Part shown: positions 17,606 to 28,817 of the stretch, one piece after another
Numbering within the stretch: the stretch's first letter is position 1
Layout of the letters: every line of letters starts with the position of its first letter
Assembly: GCA_016124415.1 (NCBI GenBank)
Contig: WGNS01000059.1
Location: 1 to 47,572, forward strand
Length of the DNA: 47,572 bases
Origin: Gammaproteobacteria bacterium
Lineage (GTDB): Bacteria > Pseudomonadota > Gammaproteobacteria > SZUA-140
Reading direction: 5' to 3'
Notes under the pieces: model-generated
Told to the model about the DNA's origin: nothing
What the model saw: only the letters and a program-made list of their open reading frames with translations
Databases searched by the model: none
Program-made: the position numbers and the translations under genes

Positions 17606-18427
17606 TTAGAGTGGGTTCGCCGCCTGCTTCGGGTTTAGCAGCGCTTCGGGCAGCAGGGGTTTGATCTCCTGAAGGATTTCCTGGAAGACGCGCGGTGTGC
17701 CGGCCACGACCTGGCCCCTTTCCAGGTAGGCATTGCCTCCGGAAAAGTCGCTGACCATGCCGCCCGCCTCCTGGATCAGCAGAGCGCCGGCCGCCATATC
17801 CCAGGGTTTGAGGCCGATTTCCCAAAACCCGTCGAGACGTCCTGCGGCGACATACGCCAAGTCGAGCGCTGCGGAGCCGGGTCTGCGGATGCCGGAAGTC
17901 TTCAGCAACAACGCACGGAAGCACGCCAGATATTCGTCCAGATAGGCAAAGTCACGGAACGGGAAACCCGTGCCAAGCAGCGTGCCGTTCAATCCTTTGG
18001 CGCTGCTGACGCGCAGTCTGCGTTGGTTGCAGAACGCGCCGCCGCCACGGCTTGCCGTGAAGAGCTCCTGGCTGATGGGGTCGTAAATGACGGCCTGTTC
18101 GATTTCGCTCTGGTGGCGGAGCGCGATCGAGACCGCGAACTGGGGAAAGCCGTGCAGGAAATTGGTCGTGCCGTCCAGCGGGTCGATGATCCAGCAATAA
18201 TCGTTGCCGTCGCTCGCGCCGCCTTCCTCGGCGAGGATTGCATGGTCGGGGTAAGCCTGACGAATGACCTGGATGATCGCGGCCTCGGCGCGCTGGTCGA
18301 CCTCGCTGACGAAATCGTTGTTTCCCTTGGTGGCGACCTTCACGTCTTCGAGTCGGCCAAAGGCGCGTGTAATGACGGTGCCGGCCTGTCGGGCGGCCTT
18401 GACGGCTATATTAAGTGCAGGATGCAT
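17606..18427 (-). CDS. suhB: Inositol monophosphatase family protein / Nus factor SuhB
   Basis: WIIDPLDGTTNF, RRPGSAALDL and WDMAAG; divergent from trmJ as is usual. Confidence 0.95.
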   Translation of the reverse strand: MHPALNIAVKAARQAGTVITRAFGRLEDVKVATKGNNDFVSEVDQRAEAAIIQVIRQAYPDHAILAEEGGASDGNDYCWIIDPLDGTTNFLHGFPQFAVSIALRHQSEIEQAVIYDPISQELFTASRGGGAFCNQRRLRVSSAKGLNGTLLGTGFPFRDFAYLDEYLACFRALLLKTSGIRRPGSAALDLAYVAAGRLDGFWEIGLKPWDMAAGALLIQEAGGMVSDFSGGNAYLERGQVVAGTPRVFQEILQEIKPLLPEALLNPKQAANPL

Positions 18428-18667
18428 TAAGTGCTCTTTCCAAATTGGTGTCGTCGCATTCCGCGAAGCCTAAGGCGGTCGCCCGCCGAGTCTCGCAGAA
18501 CGCTGGAATATGACTGTCGAAATGTCCGCCAAGGGTACTCGATCGACCGGGGCGTCGACAAGGGAGCCGGGGAGCTATTCCGTTGTCGTTGCGTCGTTTG
18601 GTGTCTTTAGTCGGTCTCGGAGGCGGCCCGGCTTTTCAAAATCCTCGCCTTCAGGTAGGGTCGTTCG

Positions 18668-19411
18668 ATGTTCAACCATATCCGAATCGTACTCGTGCAT
18701 ACGACCCACCCCGGCAATATCGGGGCGGTCGCTCGCGCAATGAAGAATATGGGGCTCGCCGAACTTTGGCTCGTTGCGCCCAAGGTGTTCCCCAGTGCGG
18801 AGGCCACGGCCAGGGCGTCGGGGGCCGACGATCTGCTCGCGGCCGCCCGCGTCGTCGGGACCCTGGAGGAGGCGGTTGGCGACTGCGGTCTCGTGATCGG
18901 TGCCAGCGCTCGGCAGCGCACGCTGGATTTGGTTGAAGAGCCGCCTTGGGATGCCGCCGGCCGAGCGTTGACGGAGTCGTCGCAACATCCCGTGGCCTTC
19001 GTATTCGGTCGCGAGCATTCCGGGTTGTCCAACGCCGAGCTGGATCTTTGCCATCAGCGCCTCTGGATCCCCGTCACGGACGACTTCCCATCGTTGAATC
19101 TGGCCGCTGCGGTCCAGGTGGTGGTCTACGAGTTGCGCAAGAATGCGCTTGAGCGCGATAATACCCACCAAAAAGGTCGGGAACTTTCTTCCGAGGACGT
19201 TGCCCCATCAACGGAGATGGCGCGTTTTTATGAACACCTTGAAACCGTCCTCGAGGAGATCGGGTTTTTGAACCCCAGCAACCCGCGGAAACTCATGCGC
19301 CGGCTGCGCAGATTGTTTCAGCGGGCGCGTCCCGATCGCAACGAAATCAACATCCTGAGAGGGATACTGACTGCCGTGCAAGGCCTGTTGACCGGTCGAG
19401 GGCAAAACTGA
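18668..19411 (+). CDS. trmJ: tRNA (cytidine/uridine-32-2'-O)-methyltransferase
   Basis: THPGNIGAVARAMKNMG, FGREHSGL, SLNLAAAVQ and EINILRG. Confidence 0.93.
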   Translation: MFNHIRIVLVHTTHPGNIGAVARAMKNMGLAELWLVAPKVFPSAEATARASGADDLLAAARVVGTLEEAVGDCGLVIGASARQRTLDLVEEPPWDAAGRALTESSQHPVAFVFGREHSGLSNAELDLCHQRLWIPVTDDFPSLNLAAAVQVVVYELRKNALERDNTHQKGRELSSEDVAPSTEMARFYEHLETVLEEIGFLNPSNPRKLMRRLRRLFQRARPDRNEINILRGILTAVQGLLTGRGQN

Positions 19412-19424
19412 CCCGTGTCGTACG

Positions 19425-19453
19425 CCGGTTCCGTTGTTGCCGGAACCGGTTTC
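19425..19453 (+). terminator. Possible hairpin terminator after trmJ
   Basis: CCGGTTCCG-N7-CGGAACCGG followed by TTTC. Confidence 0.4.
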
Positions 19454-19582
19454 TACGGCCCCGGGGGCGCGGATATTTCGGTTTCAGTGCCTGCTTAATT
19501 CACGTTTTTCCAGGGCCTGACACAAAAACCCTACAAATGAGTATATAATGCCTGAAACATCTGCTATGGAATTGTGGTCTCA

Positions 19583-20359
19583 ATGTTCAAGCATCTGAGA
19601 GAAGACATCGCCTGCGTGTTCGATCGCGATCCTGCGGCGCGTAGCGTCTTCAGCGTCGTGACGACGTATGCCGGAGTGCATGCATTGATTCTGCATCGGG
19701 TGAGCCACCGATTGTGGAGTTGGGGTTTGCGGTGGCCGGCGTCGTTTTTGGCGGCGGTATCGCGCTTTCTGACGGGCATCGAGATTCATCCCGCCGCCCG
19801 GATCGGCCGGCGCTTTTTTATCGACCACGGCATGGGCGTGGTGATTGGAGAGACCGCCGAGATCGGCGACGATTGTACGCTTTACCACGGGGTCACGCTC
19901 GGCGGCACCAGCTGGGAAAAGGGCAAGCGTCATCCCACTTTGTGCAATAACGTCATTATCGGTGCCGGGGCGAAAGTGCTCGGACCGATCACCGTCGGCG
20001 AGGGTGGGCGCGTGGGTTCGAATGCGGTCGTGACGAAAGACGTGCCCCCCGGGGCGACCGTGGTCGGCGTGCCGGGACATGTCGCCAAGCGTGCCCGAAA
20101 GTCCGGGGATGAAGAGCGGCGCCGCGAGTTTGCCCGCAAAATCGGTTTTGAGGCCTATGGCGCCTCGCAAGACCTCGACGACCCGGTCGCGAGGTCCGTA
20201 CACAGTCTGCTTGACCACGTGCATGCGCTGGATCTAAGGATCGAGACGATGCGCGCGGAAATGGAGCGGCATGGCCTGAAAGTCCCTGAGGACGTCAAGG
20301 AACCCGAGCTTTGTGAGCTCGATGAACCCCCTCCTCAGGGGAAATCGGCCAATGGGTAA
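19583..20359 (+). CDS. cysE: Serine O-acetyltransferase
   Basis: [27 protein letters not shown] and KRHPT hexapeptide repeats. ATG 19583 is preferred over GTG 19574. Confidence 0.95.
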   Translation: MFKHLREDIACVFDRDPAARSVFSVVTTYAGVHALILHRVSHRLWSWGLRWPASFLAAVSRFLTGIEIHPAARIGRRFFIDHGMGVVIGETAEIGDDCTLYHGVTLGGTSWEKGKRHPTLCNNVIIGAGAKVLGPITVGEGGRVGSNAVVTKDVPPGATVVGVPGHVAKRARKSGDEERRREFARKIGFEAYGASQDLDDPVARSVHSLLDHVHALDLRIETMRAEMERHGLKVPEDVKEPELCELDEPPPQGKSANG

Positions 20360-20383
20360 TACTTGACTATTTTAGTCAAGTAT
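20359..20383 (+). promoter_or_regulatory. IscR type-1 operator
   Basis: ATACTTGACTATTTTAGTCAAGTAT fits the consensus ATASYYGACTRWWWYAGTCRRSTAT at every position, directly upstream of iscR. Confidence 0.9.
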
Positions 20384-20436
20384 GTAACAGTTGCATTACT
20401 GAATGAAGTGGTCATTCAAACAGGGGAGTCCCGCCT

Positions 20437-20910
20437 ATGAAACTCACGACTAAAGGGCGCTACGCCGTTACGGCCATGCTCGATCTGGCTCTGCATGCTA
20501 CGGAAACGCCGGTCCCGCTCGCGGATATCTCGCAGCGCCAGGCGATCTCGCTGTCCTATCTTGAACAATTGTTCGCCAAGCTGCGCCGGCAATCGCTGGT
20601 TCAAAGCGCGCGCGGCCCGGGTGGCGGCTACCGCCTGAGCCGGGATCCGGATGAGATCACGGTCGTCGAGATCATCAATGCCATCAACGAAAACGTCGAT
20701 GCCACCCGTTGCGGCGGTTTGGGCAATTGTCAGGAGAATCAGCCCTGTCTGACCCATGTGCTGTGGAAGGATCTGAGTGAACAGATTCACTCGTTCCTGG
20801 CCGGAATCAGTCTCGGCGATCTCGTGGACAAGAAGGACGTTCAGGTGATTCGCAGCCGTCAGGACGATATCCAGCAGGGTAAACCCGTCAGTCAGGTCGT
20901 GCTTAGCTGA
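20437..20910 (+). CDS. iscR: Fe-S cluster assembly regulator IscR
   Basis: [28 protein letters not shown] and the C-x5-C-x5-C..H cluster ligands. Confidence 0.96.
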   Translation: MKLTTKGRYAVTAMLDLALHATETPVPLADISQRQAISLSYLEQLFAKLRRQSLVQSARGPGGGYRLSRDPDEITVVEIINAINENVDATRCGGLGNCQENQPCLTHVLWKDLSEQIHSFLAGISLGDLVDKKDVQVIRSRQDDIQQGKPVSQVVLS

Positions 20911-20950
20911 GATCGATCCTCAGGCGTAGTTGGATCGACTCACTGGGAAT

Positions 20951-22117
20951 ATGTCCGCGTATTTCGACCACAACGCGACGACTCCGGTAGATGAAAGGGT
21001 CGTCGAGGCCATGTTGCCCTATTTTCGAGGGCGATACGGCAATCCTTCCAGTCTGCATCGGCTGGGGCGATTGTCTCGTCAGGCCGTGGAACAGGCCCGA
21101 GATCAGGTTGCCGGTCTTGTCGGCGCCCATCCCGGGCAGGTCATTTTCACGAGCGGCGGTACGGAGGCGAACAATCTCGCCTTGCGCGGCCCGAATGTCG
21201 GCCGCCTCGTGGTCAGCGCCGTCGAGCACGCATCGGTCATGATGCCGGCGCGGTTTCTCGAGTCGACGGGATGCGAGCTGTTCGTTGCCGGTGTCGACCC
21301 TCAGGGGCGGCTTGATCGTGTTTTGCTCGAGGCGTATCTTCACGACGCCGGGGCGCGCCCATCGGCTGGATCGGGGCTGGTTTCCGTCATGCTGGCGAAT
21401 AACGAGACGGGGGCGCTACAGGATATTTCCTCGATCGCGGCACTGGCGCGGGAGCATGGTTATCTGGTGCATAGCGATGCCGCTCAGTCTGCGGGCCGGA
21501 TTCCAGTTCGCTGGGAGGCGCTGGGCATCCATATGATGACCTTGTCCGCGCACAAGATGTACGGTCCCAAGGGCGTCGGCGCCCTGATCGTGGATAAGGC
21601 CATCGAATTGACGCCCCAGATGTTGGGCGGTGGCCACGAGTCCGGATTTCGCGCCGGGACCGAGAATCTGGCCTCCATTGTCGGCTTCGGTGCGGCTGCC
21701 GAGCTTGCCCGAGGCCTCGTTGAAAGGAGAAGCGAACACCTTAAGGAGTTGAGGTCTCGACTGGAACATCAGATTGCATCGTTGCCGGTCGTGACTTATT
21801 CGGCCGACGCCGAACGCTTGCCCAATACGGTTTGTTTTTCCGTGCCCGGAATCGACGGCGAGACATTGGTCATGCAACTCGACCGGGCCGGGTTCGCGGT
21901 CTCGAGCGGTTCAGCTTGCGACAGCGGCGGTCGCACCCCAAGCCATGTGCTGATGGCGATGGGCGTTTCGGCCGAATTGGCCGGCTGTGCCATTCGGATC
22001 AGCTTGGGGGTCGACAATACGATCGACGATGTAGACGCCTTCGTCGTAGCGTTGGCCGGATTGATCGATCGGTTCACGCCGCGACAGGCGGCCCGGACCG
22101 TCGCAACGGTATCTTGA
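20951..22117 (+). CDS. Cysteine desulfurase (divergent IscS/NifS paralogue)
   Basis: [29 protein letters not shown] and SSGSACDS; ATG 20951. Confidence 0.9.
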   Translation: MSAYFDHNATTPVDERVVEAMLPYFRGRYGNPSSLHRLGRLSRQAVEQARDQVAGLVGAHPGQVIFTSGGTEANNLALRGPNVGRLVVSAVEHASVMMPARFLESTGCELFVAGVDPQGRLDRVLLEAYLHDAGARPSAGSGLVSVMLANNETGALQDISSIAALAREHGYLVHSDAAQSAGRIPVRWEALGIHMMTLSAHKMYGPKGVGALIVDKAIELTPQMLGGGHESGFRAGTENLASIVGFGAAAELARGLVERRSEHLKELRSRLEHQIASLPVVTYSADAERLPNTVCFSVPGIDGETLVMQLDRAGFAVSSGSACDSGGRTPSHVLMAMGVSAELAGCAIRISLGVDNTIDDVDAFVVALAGLIDRFTPRQAARTVATVS

Positions 22118-22140
22118 AATATTTGAGTGAGAACCAGGTA

Positions 22141-23361
22141 ATGACGATTGCTTTGCCCATTTACTTCGACTATTCCGCCACCACGCCGGCCGACCCCCGC
22201 GTCGCCGAAAAGATGATGGCCTGCCTGACGTTGGACGGAAACTTCGGTAACCCTGCGTCGCGCTCTCATGTCTTCGGGTGGCGAGCGGAGGCGGCGGTCG
22301 AAGAGGCTCGTGCTCAGGTTGCGGCATTGATCGGCGCGGATCCCAGGGAGATCGTCTGGACCTCGGGCGCGACCGAATCGGATAACCTCGCCATCAAAGG
22401 TGCGGCGCATTTCTATCGCCAGAAGGGTAATCACATCATCACGATGCGCACCGAACACAAGGCCGTGCTCGATACCTGCCGGCAGTTGGAGCGCGAGGGT
22501 TTCCAGGTCACTTATCTCGATCCTGAACCCGATGGTCTGCTCGATCTCGATAAGTTGGCCGCGGCGATTCGTCCGGATACGACCTTGATCTCCGTCATGC
22601 ACGTCAACAATGAAATCGGCGTCATTCAGGATATTGCAGCGATCGGCGAGCTGGCGCGTGAACGTGGGGTACTGTTCCATTGCGACGCGGCGCAGAGCGC
22701 CGGCAAGGTGCCGATCGATCTGTCGACGACGAAGGTCGACCTGTTGTCGCTGTCGGCGCATAAGATTTACGGCCCCAAGGGCATCGGCGCGCTTTACGTG
22801 CGGCGCAAGCCTCGCGTCCGGATCGAGGCCCAGATGCACGGCGGCGGCCATGAGCGCGGTATGCGTTCCGGTACGCTTGCGACGCATCAGATCGTCGGTA
22901 TGGGCGAGGCCTTCAGGATCGCCGCCGAGGAAATGGCGGCCGAGAACGAACGCATCCTTGGCTTGCGGCAGCGTCTTTGGAACGGTTTCAAGGACATCGA
23001 GGAGGTCTATGTGAACGGCGATCTGGATCGCCGCGTCGCCGGCAATCTCAATGTCAGCTTCAATTTCGTGGAAGGCGAGTCGCTGATCATGGCGCTCAAG
23101 GACATTGCGGTGTCGTCGGGTTCCGCCTGTACATCGGCCAGCCTCGAACCTTCTTACGTATTGCGCGCCCTGGGGCGCAACGATGAACTCGCGCACAGCT
23201 CTTTGCGCTTCACGATCGGACGTTTCACGACGGCGGAGGAGATCGACTATGCGGTCGATCTGGTCTGTAAGAGCGTCGAACGTTTGCGTGATCTCTCGCC
23301 GCTTTGGGAGATGTACCGCGATGGCATCGACTTGAACACGGTGCAGTGGGCCGCACACTAG
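22141..23361 (+). CDS. iscS: Cysteine desulfurase IscS
   Basis: [33 protein letters not shown] and C-terminal SPLWEM..W. The true start is ATG 22141, not 21832. Confidence 0.96.
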   Translation: MTIALPIYFDYSATTPADPRVAEKMMACLTLDGNFGNPASRSHVFGWRAEAAVEEARAQVAALIGADPREIVWTSGATESDNLAIKGAAHFYRQKGNHIITMRTEHKAVLDTCRQLEREGFQVTYLDPEPDGLLDLDKLAAAIRPDTTLISVMHVNNEIGVIQDIAAIGELARERGVLFHCDAAQSAGKVPIDLSTTKVDLLSLSAHKIYGPKGIGALYVRRKPRVRIEAQMHGGGHERGMRSGTLATHQIVGMGEAFRIAAEEMAAENERILGLRQRLWNGFKDIEEVYVNGDLDRRVAGNLNVSFNFVEGESLIMALKDIAVSSGSACTSASLEPSYVLRALGRNDELAHSSLRFTIGRFTTAEEIDYAVDLVCKSVERLRDLSPLWEMYRDGIDLNTVQWAAH

Positions 23362-23412
23362 GCCCTGCTCACCTTTTTGGTTACATCGTTATTCGTGTTT
23401 TAGGAGAACGAC

Positions 23413-23805
23413 ATGGCATACAGTGAAAAGGTCTTGGACCATTACGAGCACCCCCGTAACGTGGGTTCGTTTGATAAGGCCGATCTCAACGTAGGTACGG
23501 GCATGGTCGGCGCGCCCGCCTGTGGCGACGTCATGCGTTTGCAGATCAAGGTCAACGATGAGGGCATCATCGAAGACGCCCGCTTCAAGACCTATGGCTG
23601 CGGTTCCGCCATTGCTTCGAGTTCCCTGCTGACCGAGTGGGTCAAGGGTAAGACTCTGGAGCAGGCCACCGAGATCAAGAATACCCAGATCGCGGAAGAA
23701 CTGGCGTTGCCGCCCGTTAAGATCCATTGTTCAGTGTTGGCTGAGGATGCCATCAAGGCAGCCATTGCCGACTATATGGGCAAGCGATCACAGTCCGAAG
23801 GCTAG
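23413..23805 (+). CDS. iscU: Fe-S scaffold IscU
   Basis: [23 protein letters not shown] and LPPVKIHC. Confidence 0.97.
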   Translation: MAYSEKVLDHYEHPRNVGSFDKADLNVGTGMVGAPACGDVMRLQIKVNDEGIIEDARFKTYGCGSAIASSSLLTEWVKGKTLEQATEIKNTQIAEELALPPVKIHCSVLAEDAIKAAIADYMGKRSQSEG

Positions 23806-23833
23806 TCCTGGCGAAGGAAGGAGAATTCGAGCG

Positions 23834-24157
23834 ATGGCGATTACCATGAGTCCCTCGGCCGTCAGGCACGTCAAAGGGTTTCTCGAAAGTCGCGGCAAGG
23901 GCGGCGGCTTGCGGCTGGGCGTCAAGACCTCGGGCTGCTCGGGGCTTGCCTATGTGCTCGAGGTCTTCGACGAGGTCGATAAGAACGACGAGGTCTTCGA
24001 CATAGAGGGAATTAAGATCGCGGTAGATCGCAAGAGCCTGATCTATCTCGACGGAACCGAACTCGATTATGTCCGTGAAGGGCTGAACGAGGGCTTCAAG
24101 TTCAAGAACCCCAACGAGAAAAACTCCTGTGGATGCGGCGAGAGCTTTAGCGTCTGA
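23834..24157 (+). CDS. iscA: Fe-S carrier IscA
   Basis: TSGCSG and C-terminal CGCGESF; start ATG 23834 after a GGAG SD. Confidence 0.96.
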   Translation: MAITMSPSAVRHVKGFLESRGKGGGLRLGVKTSGCSGLAYVLEVFDEVDKNDEVFDIEGIKIAVDRKSLIYLDGTELDYVREGLNEGFKFKNPNEKNSCGCGESFSV

Positions 24158-24180
24158 TGACTTGCTGATACGTCACGGTG

Positions 24181-24720
24181 ATGAACACGGCACTGCAACA
24201 GGATCATTTTGCGCTTTTCGGACTGACCGCCACCTTTGATCTCGATACCGGCGACCTTTATCGGCGCTATCGGGATCTTCAACGCACGCTTCACCCCGAT
24301 CGCTTCGCCGGCGCCAGCCCGCAGGAGCGCAGGCTATCGGTTCAGATGGCCGCTCAGCTAAACGAGGCCTACAGTGTTTTGAGTCAGCCGCTGACTCGAG
24401 CCCGCTATCTGCTCGAATGCCGCAATCACCCCCCGCAGAGCAATCCCAAGGATCTGGATATCGGGTTCCTTCAGGAACAGATCCTGTTGCGCGAGGAGTG
24501 GGAAGATGTCCGGCGGGCCGGCGACCAAACGGCGATCGCCGAATTTCAGCTTGACCTGAAGCGTCGCATCGAGGCCGAGGAAGCCGAATTTTCCCGTTTG
24601 GCGTCCACGGTCGGCGGTGCGGACGCAGACCTTGAGCTTGCGCGTCAGGCCTTTTATCGTATGCAGTTTTATCATCGACAACTCGAAGACTGCCAGGCGT
24701 GGCAGCCGGCAGCTAACTAA
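24181..24720 (+). CDS. hscB: Co-chaperone HscB
   Basis: J-domain HPD, NEAY..L..P..RARYLL and FL.EQ..LRE. Confidence 0.93.
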   Translation: MNTALQQDHFALFGLTATFDLDTGDLYRRYRDLQRTLHPDRFAGASPQERRLSVQMAAQLNEAYSVLSQPLTRARYLLECRNHPPQSNPKDLDIGFLQEQILLREEWEDVRRAGDQTAIAEFQLDLKRRIEAEEAEFSRLASTVGGADADLELARQAFYRMQFYHRQLEDCQAWQPAAN

Positions 24721-24721
24721 T

Positions 24722-26614
24722 ATGACCCTCTTGCAGATCAGTGAACCCGGGCGGAGTCCGGAGCCTCATGCGCGTAGGCGCGCCGCCGGTATAGACCTCG
24801 GTACGACCCATTCCCTCGTGGCTACGGTCGTCGACGGTCGGCCCGAGACGATCCCCGATGCCGACGGCCGAGTTTTACTTCCCTCCGTTGTCCGTTATCT
24901 GGCGGATGGGGCGCCCGCCGTGGTTGGAGACGCCGCGCGCGCGGCCCAGGCCGAGGACCCGCTCAATACCCTGGCCTCGGTCAAGCGCCTGATCGGTCGT
25001 TCCATCGACGAACTCCCGGAGTTCGCGAACCGTTCGCACTATGAATTCGCGGCCGGGGATTCGATCATGCCGAAATTCGCCACGGTCGCGGGCCCCATCA
25101 GCCCCGTTCAGGCCTCGGCCGAGATCCTGCGTGCGCTTGCGCTTCGTGCCGCCGGGACCTTGGGGGGGGCGCCCGAAGGTGTCGTGATTACGGTGCCGGC
25201 GTATTTCGACGACTCGCAACGTCAGGCCACGATCGATGCCGCCCGCATTGCCGGGCTCAATGTCCTGCGCCTGTTGAACGAGCCTACCGCGGCGGCTGTC
25301 GCCTACGGTCTCGACAGAGGCACCGAGGGCGTTCATGCCGTCTACGATCTTGGCGGAGGCACCTTCGATATCTCGATTCTGCGTTTCACCAAAGGCGTCT
25401 TCGAAGTCCTGTCCACGGCCGGAGACTCCGCGCTTGGGGGGGACGACGTCGATGCCCGTCTGGCGGCGTGGATTCGCGCTCAGGCCGGACTCGGCGACAA
25501 TCTCGATCACGGCGCGCACCGCCAATTGCTCGTTTTGGCAAGGGCGATCAAGGAAGGCTTGAGCGACCATGCGGAGATGGAGATCACATTGTCCCGACCC
25601 TCGGGTGAGAACTGGCTGGGGCGAATCACGCGTGCTCAATTCGAGGAGCTGATCGCCGATTTGATCGAGCGGACCTTGGCGCCTTGCCGACAGGCGGTCA
25701 AGGACGCGGGCATCGCCCTGGATGAGCTTACTGAGGTGATTCTGGTCGGTGGTTCGACGAGAATCCCGCTCGTTCGCGAGGCCGTTGCCAAGTTCTTCGG
25801 TCGCGAGGCTCATGTCGAGATCGACCCTGACCGTGTCGTCGCGCTCGGTGCCGCGATTCAGGCCGATATCCTGATCGGTAACAAGCCCGATAGCGACATG
25901 CTGTTGCTGGACGTTATCCCGCTCTCTCTCGGCATCGAGACCATGGGTGGACTGACCGAGAAGATCATTCCCCGCAACACGACGATCCCGGCCGTCCGCG
26001 CCCAGGACTTTACGACCTACAAGGACGGCCAAACCGCCTTGAGTCTGCATGTGCTTCAGGGCGAGCGCGAACTTGTGCGAGACAACCGCTCGCTGGCCCG
26101 TTTCGAACTCAGGGGCATCCCGCCGATGGTTGCCGGCGCGGCGCGTATCCGGGTGACTTTCCAGGTCGATGCCGACGGTCTTCTGAGCGTATCCGCACGC
26201 GAGCAGACTCAGGGTGTGGAGAGCCGTATCGAGGTCAAACCCTCTTACGGACTCAGCGACGAAGAGGTCGAGAGCATGCTGACCGCGGCAATGGATCATG
26301 CCCACGAGGATATGGATCAACGTCGCTTGCGCGAACTCAAGCTGGAGGCGAATCAAACCATGGAGGCGTTGACCGCGGCTCTGGCGAAAGACGGGGAGCG
26401 GCTGCTGGACGCCGGGGAACGGACCGATATCGCCGGCGCCTTGGCCCGCCTCCACGGGCTCAATCAGGGCGCAGACGAGACCGCGATCAGGGGCGCAATA
26501 GACGAACTCGATCGGGTTTCCACCGTATTCGCACAACGACGTATGGACGACGCTATCCGCAATGCCCTGTCGGGACACGGCGTCGCCGAATTTTCCGGAG
26601 ATCAGGATGCCTAA
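24722..26614 (+). CDS. hscA: Fe-S chaperone HscA (Hsp70)
   Basis: [26 protein letters not shown] and LVGGSTR; start ATG 24722. Confidence 0.96.
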   Translation: MTLLQISEPGRSPEPHARRRAAGIDLGTTHSLVATVVDGRPETIPDADGRVLLPSVVRYLADGAPAVVGDAARAAQAEDPLNTLASVKRLIGRSIDELPEFANRSHYEFAAGDSIMPKFATVAGPISPVQASAEILRALALRAAGTLGGAPEGVVITVPAYFDDSQRQATIDAARIAGLNVLRLLNEPTAAAVAYGLDRGTEGVHAVYDLGGGTFDISILRFTKGVFEVLSTAGDSALGGDDVDARLAAWIRAQAGLGDNLDHGAHRQLLVLARAIKEGLSDHAEMEITLSRPSGENWLGRITRAQFEELIADLIERTLAPCRQAVKDAGIALDELTEVILVGGSTRIPLVREAVAKFFGREAHVEIDPDRVVALGAAIQADILIGNKPDSDMLLLDVIPLSLGIETMGGLTEKIIPRNTTIPAVRAQDFTTYKDGQTALSLHVLQGERELVRDNRSLARFELRGIPPMVAGAARIRVTFQVDADGLLSVSAREQTQGVESRIEVKPSYGLSDEEVESMLTAAMDHAHEDMDQRRLRELKLEANQTMEALTAALAKDGERLLDAGERTDIAGALARLHGLNQGADETAIRGAIDELDRVSTVFAQRRMDDAIRNALSGHGVAEFSGDQDA

Positions 26615-26945
26615 ACTCATCTTTCTGCCGCATGAAGAAATATGCCCTGAAGGTGAGGTCATCGAGGTCGAGCCCGGCATCAGCGTCTGCGATGCGGCAT
26701 TGGCCCACGGCATTCCCATCGAGCATGCCTGCGAGAAATCCTGCGCCTGCACGACTTGCCACGTCTATGTCCGAGAAGGGTTGGCGTCGTTGGAATCCGC
26801 CACCGAGGACGAAGAGGATATGCTCGACAAGGCCTGGGGCCTTGAGCCCGATTCCCGCCTGAGCTGCCAGGCCATCGTCGGGGACGAGGACTTGACCATC
26901 GAAATTCCCCGTTACACCATCAATATGGTTTCCGAAGGACATTGA
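26607..26945 (+). CDS. fdx: ISC [2Fe-2S] ferredoxin
   Basis: [22 protein letters not shown] and SRLSCQ; start ATG 26607 overlaps the hscA end. Confidence 0.96.
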   Translation: MPKLIFLPHEEICPEGEVIEVEPGISVCDAALAHGIPIEHACEKSCACTTCHVYVREGLASLESATEDEEDMLDKAWGLEPDSRLSCQAIVGDEDLTIEIPRYTINMVSEGH

Positions 26946-26947
26946 AC

Positions 26948-27148
26948 ATGAGCCTGAAATGGACCGATTCGCTGGACATCGCGATTGCCTTGGAGGAGAC
27001 GTACCCGGATGTGGACCCGATGTCGGTTCGTTTTACCGATTTGCGTGACTGGGTGCTCGGCCTCGACGAATTCGGCGACGATCCCGAGCACTGCGGCGAG
27101 AAGATTCTGGAGGCGATTCAGATGGCGTGGATGGATGAGCACGGCTGA
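26948..27148 (+). CDS. iscX: Fe-S assembly protein IscX
   Basis: LKWTD..DIAI.L, VRFTDL and EKILEAIQMAW. Confidence 0.95.
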   Translation: MSLKWTDSLDIAIALEETYPDVDPMSVRFTDLRDWVLGLDEFGDDPEHCGEKILEAIQMAWMDEHG

Positions 27149-27353
27149 CAAAAACGCGCTTCCATTTTATGCGTGGTCGCCAGGGACTATTGGGGTACGC
27201 AAATCACGTGTATTTAAGACGAAGGGAGTTCCTTCCTGATATGATTTGCCATCGGCCGCATTGACGATCCGGGTTGGGCGTCGAAGGCCGACATAAACAT
27301 TTTCCCGTTAAAGATTTTTTGGTTCGTCGACCGCCTTCGGATTCCGCACCTGA

Positions 27354-28817
27354 ATGCATCACCGCTGCCCGCAAAACCTTAAGTGTAAACATCGGTCTTG
27401 GCGCGGGCATATGGCTTCGGTCGCTGTGGCGGTCTTATGCGTGTCCTGTGCAAGCCAACCTCGTGTTCCCGAGTCGGCCGAGGCCGTACCTCAGAATCTT
27501 CCGGATAAATGGGCGTCGCCGCTGCCGGCGGATGATCAGGCCTTCGTCCGCGGTTGGCTGGGTGATTTCGACGCGCCCGGACTCGACGCCGTCGTGACCG
27601 AGGCGTTGAATGCCAATCGAAACCTCCAGGCGGCCGCGGCGCGCGTCGAGGCGGCGCGGGCGCAGGCGACTATATCCGGAGCGGCTTTGTGGCCCGACGC
27701 GAGTCTGTCTTTTTCCGCTCAGCGTAGCCGGCGAACGCCATCCGGACTTGCCGTCGGCTCGTCGCCGGCCGTGACCCGTTTCGGACTCGACGGCAACATC
27801 TCCTGGGAGGCCGATTTTTGGTCGAGACTTGATGACCAAGCCAAGGCTGCGGGACTAACGGCCGAGGCCAGCGCGGCGGATTATGGCGCCGCCCGTTTGA
27901 GTCTCGTCGCTTCGGTGACCCAATCCTGGTTCGCTGTCGCCGAGGCCTCCGCGCAAACGTTTTTGGCCGAGCACACCGTCGAAAGCTTCCGGCGCGCTCG
28001 CAATACGATCGACGAACGCTATCGCCGCGGCTTGGCTTCGGCGCTCGATCTCCATCTTGCTCGCGAAAACGTGGCCACGGCGGAGAGCGCGCTCGCTCAG
28101 TGGCGTAGGGATCGCGACGGGGCGACGCGTGTACTCGAGACCCTGCTGGGACGTTATCCGGGTGCCGCCCTGAGTTCGGACGGCGTCCTGCCCGCGGTGC
28201 GGGAGGCTGTCCCCTCGGGCCTGCCTTCGAGTCTGTTGAACCGGCGCCCTGATCTGCTCGCGGCCGAGATGCGCTTGCGGGCGGCGAGTTATCGCCTGAC
28301 CGCAGCGCGCAAGAATCTGCTGCCTTCCATTCAATTGACGACTTCCGCCGGCGTCGCGAGTTCCGCATTGAGCAATCTGCTGGATTGGAACCGCTTGGTC
28401 TGGAGTATTCTCGGCAGCGTGACGCAACCGCTGTTCTCGGGCGGTCAGCTCACGGCGGAGCGCGCGCTGGCCGCCGCCGATCATCGCGAGCTTTGGGCCA
28501 CGTACGCGCAAACCGTATTGACGGCCTTCCGCGAGGTCGAGACGGCATTGGCCGCGGAACAGTGGTATCGGGACCAAAAAGTTGCGCTTGACGTTGCTTC
28601 GACGGAGGCCGATGCGGCCGTCAAATTGGCTTTTGAGCAGTACGGACAGGGATTGATCGATATCGTTACGCTGCTGGAAACGCAGCGCCGAGCGTTTACC
28701 GCCGAAAGCAATCGACTTAGAACGATCCGCCAGCGATTGGACAATCGCGTGGCGCTTTATCTGGCGCTGGGCGGCCCGTTCGAGGCACCGACGAAGGAGA
28801 CCAAGGAAATACCATGA
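27354..28817 (+). CDS. RND efflux outer-membrane lipoprotein (OprM/NodT family)
   Basis: Lipobox-like VSC, SWEADFW, LLNRRPDL, AFREVE and LYLALGG. The start could instead be ATG 27411. Confidence 0.9.
   Translation: MHHRCPQNLKCKHRSWRGHMASVAVAVLCVSCASQPRVPESAEAVPQNLPDKWASPLPADDQAFVRGWLGDFDAPGLDAVVTEALNANRNLQAAAARVEAARAQATISGAALWPDASLSFSAQRSRRTPSGLAVGSSPAVTRFGLDGNISWEADFWSRLDDQAKAAGLTAEASAADYGAARLSLVASVTQSWFAVAEASAQTFLAEHTVESFRRARNTIDERYRRGLASALDLHLARENVATAESALAQWRRDRDGATRVLETLLGRYPGAALSSDGVLPAVREAVPSGLPSSLLNRRPDLLAAEMRLRAASYRLTAARKNLLPSIQLTTSAGVASSALSNLLDWNRLVWSILGSVTQPLFSGGQLTAERALAAADHRELWATYAQTVLTAFREVETALAAEQWYRDQKVALDVASTEADAAVKLAFEQYGQGLIDIVTLLETQRRAFTAESNRLRTIRQRLDNRVALYLALGGPFEAPTKETKEIP

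Noticed and set aside
25162-25169. G8 run in hscA as a phase-variation tract
   Set aside because: The frame is intact, the run encodes Leu-Gly-Gly in a housekeeping gene, and there is no alternative-frame domain.
24875-26752. Long antisense ORFs (also 6296..7372, 21796..23358, 28757..29995, 33706..35133 and others)
   Set aside because: Shadow frames opposite well-supported genes; expected from high-GC codon bias.
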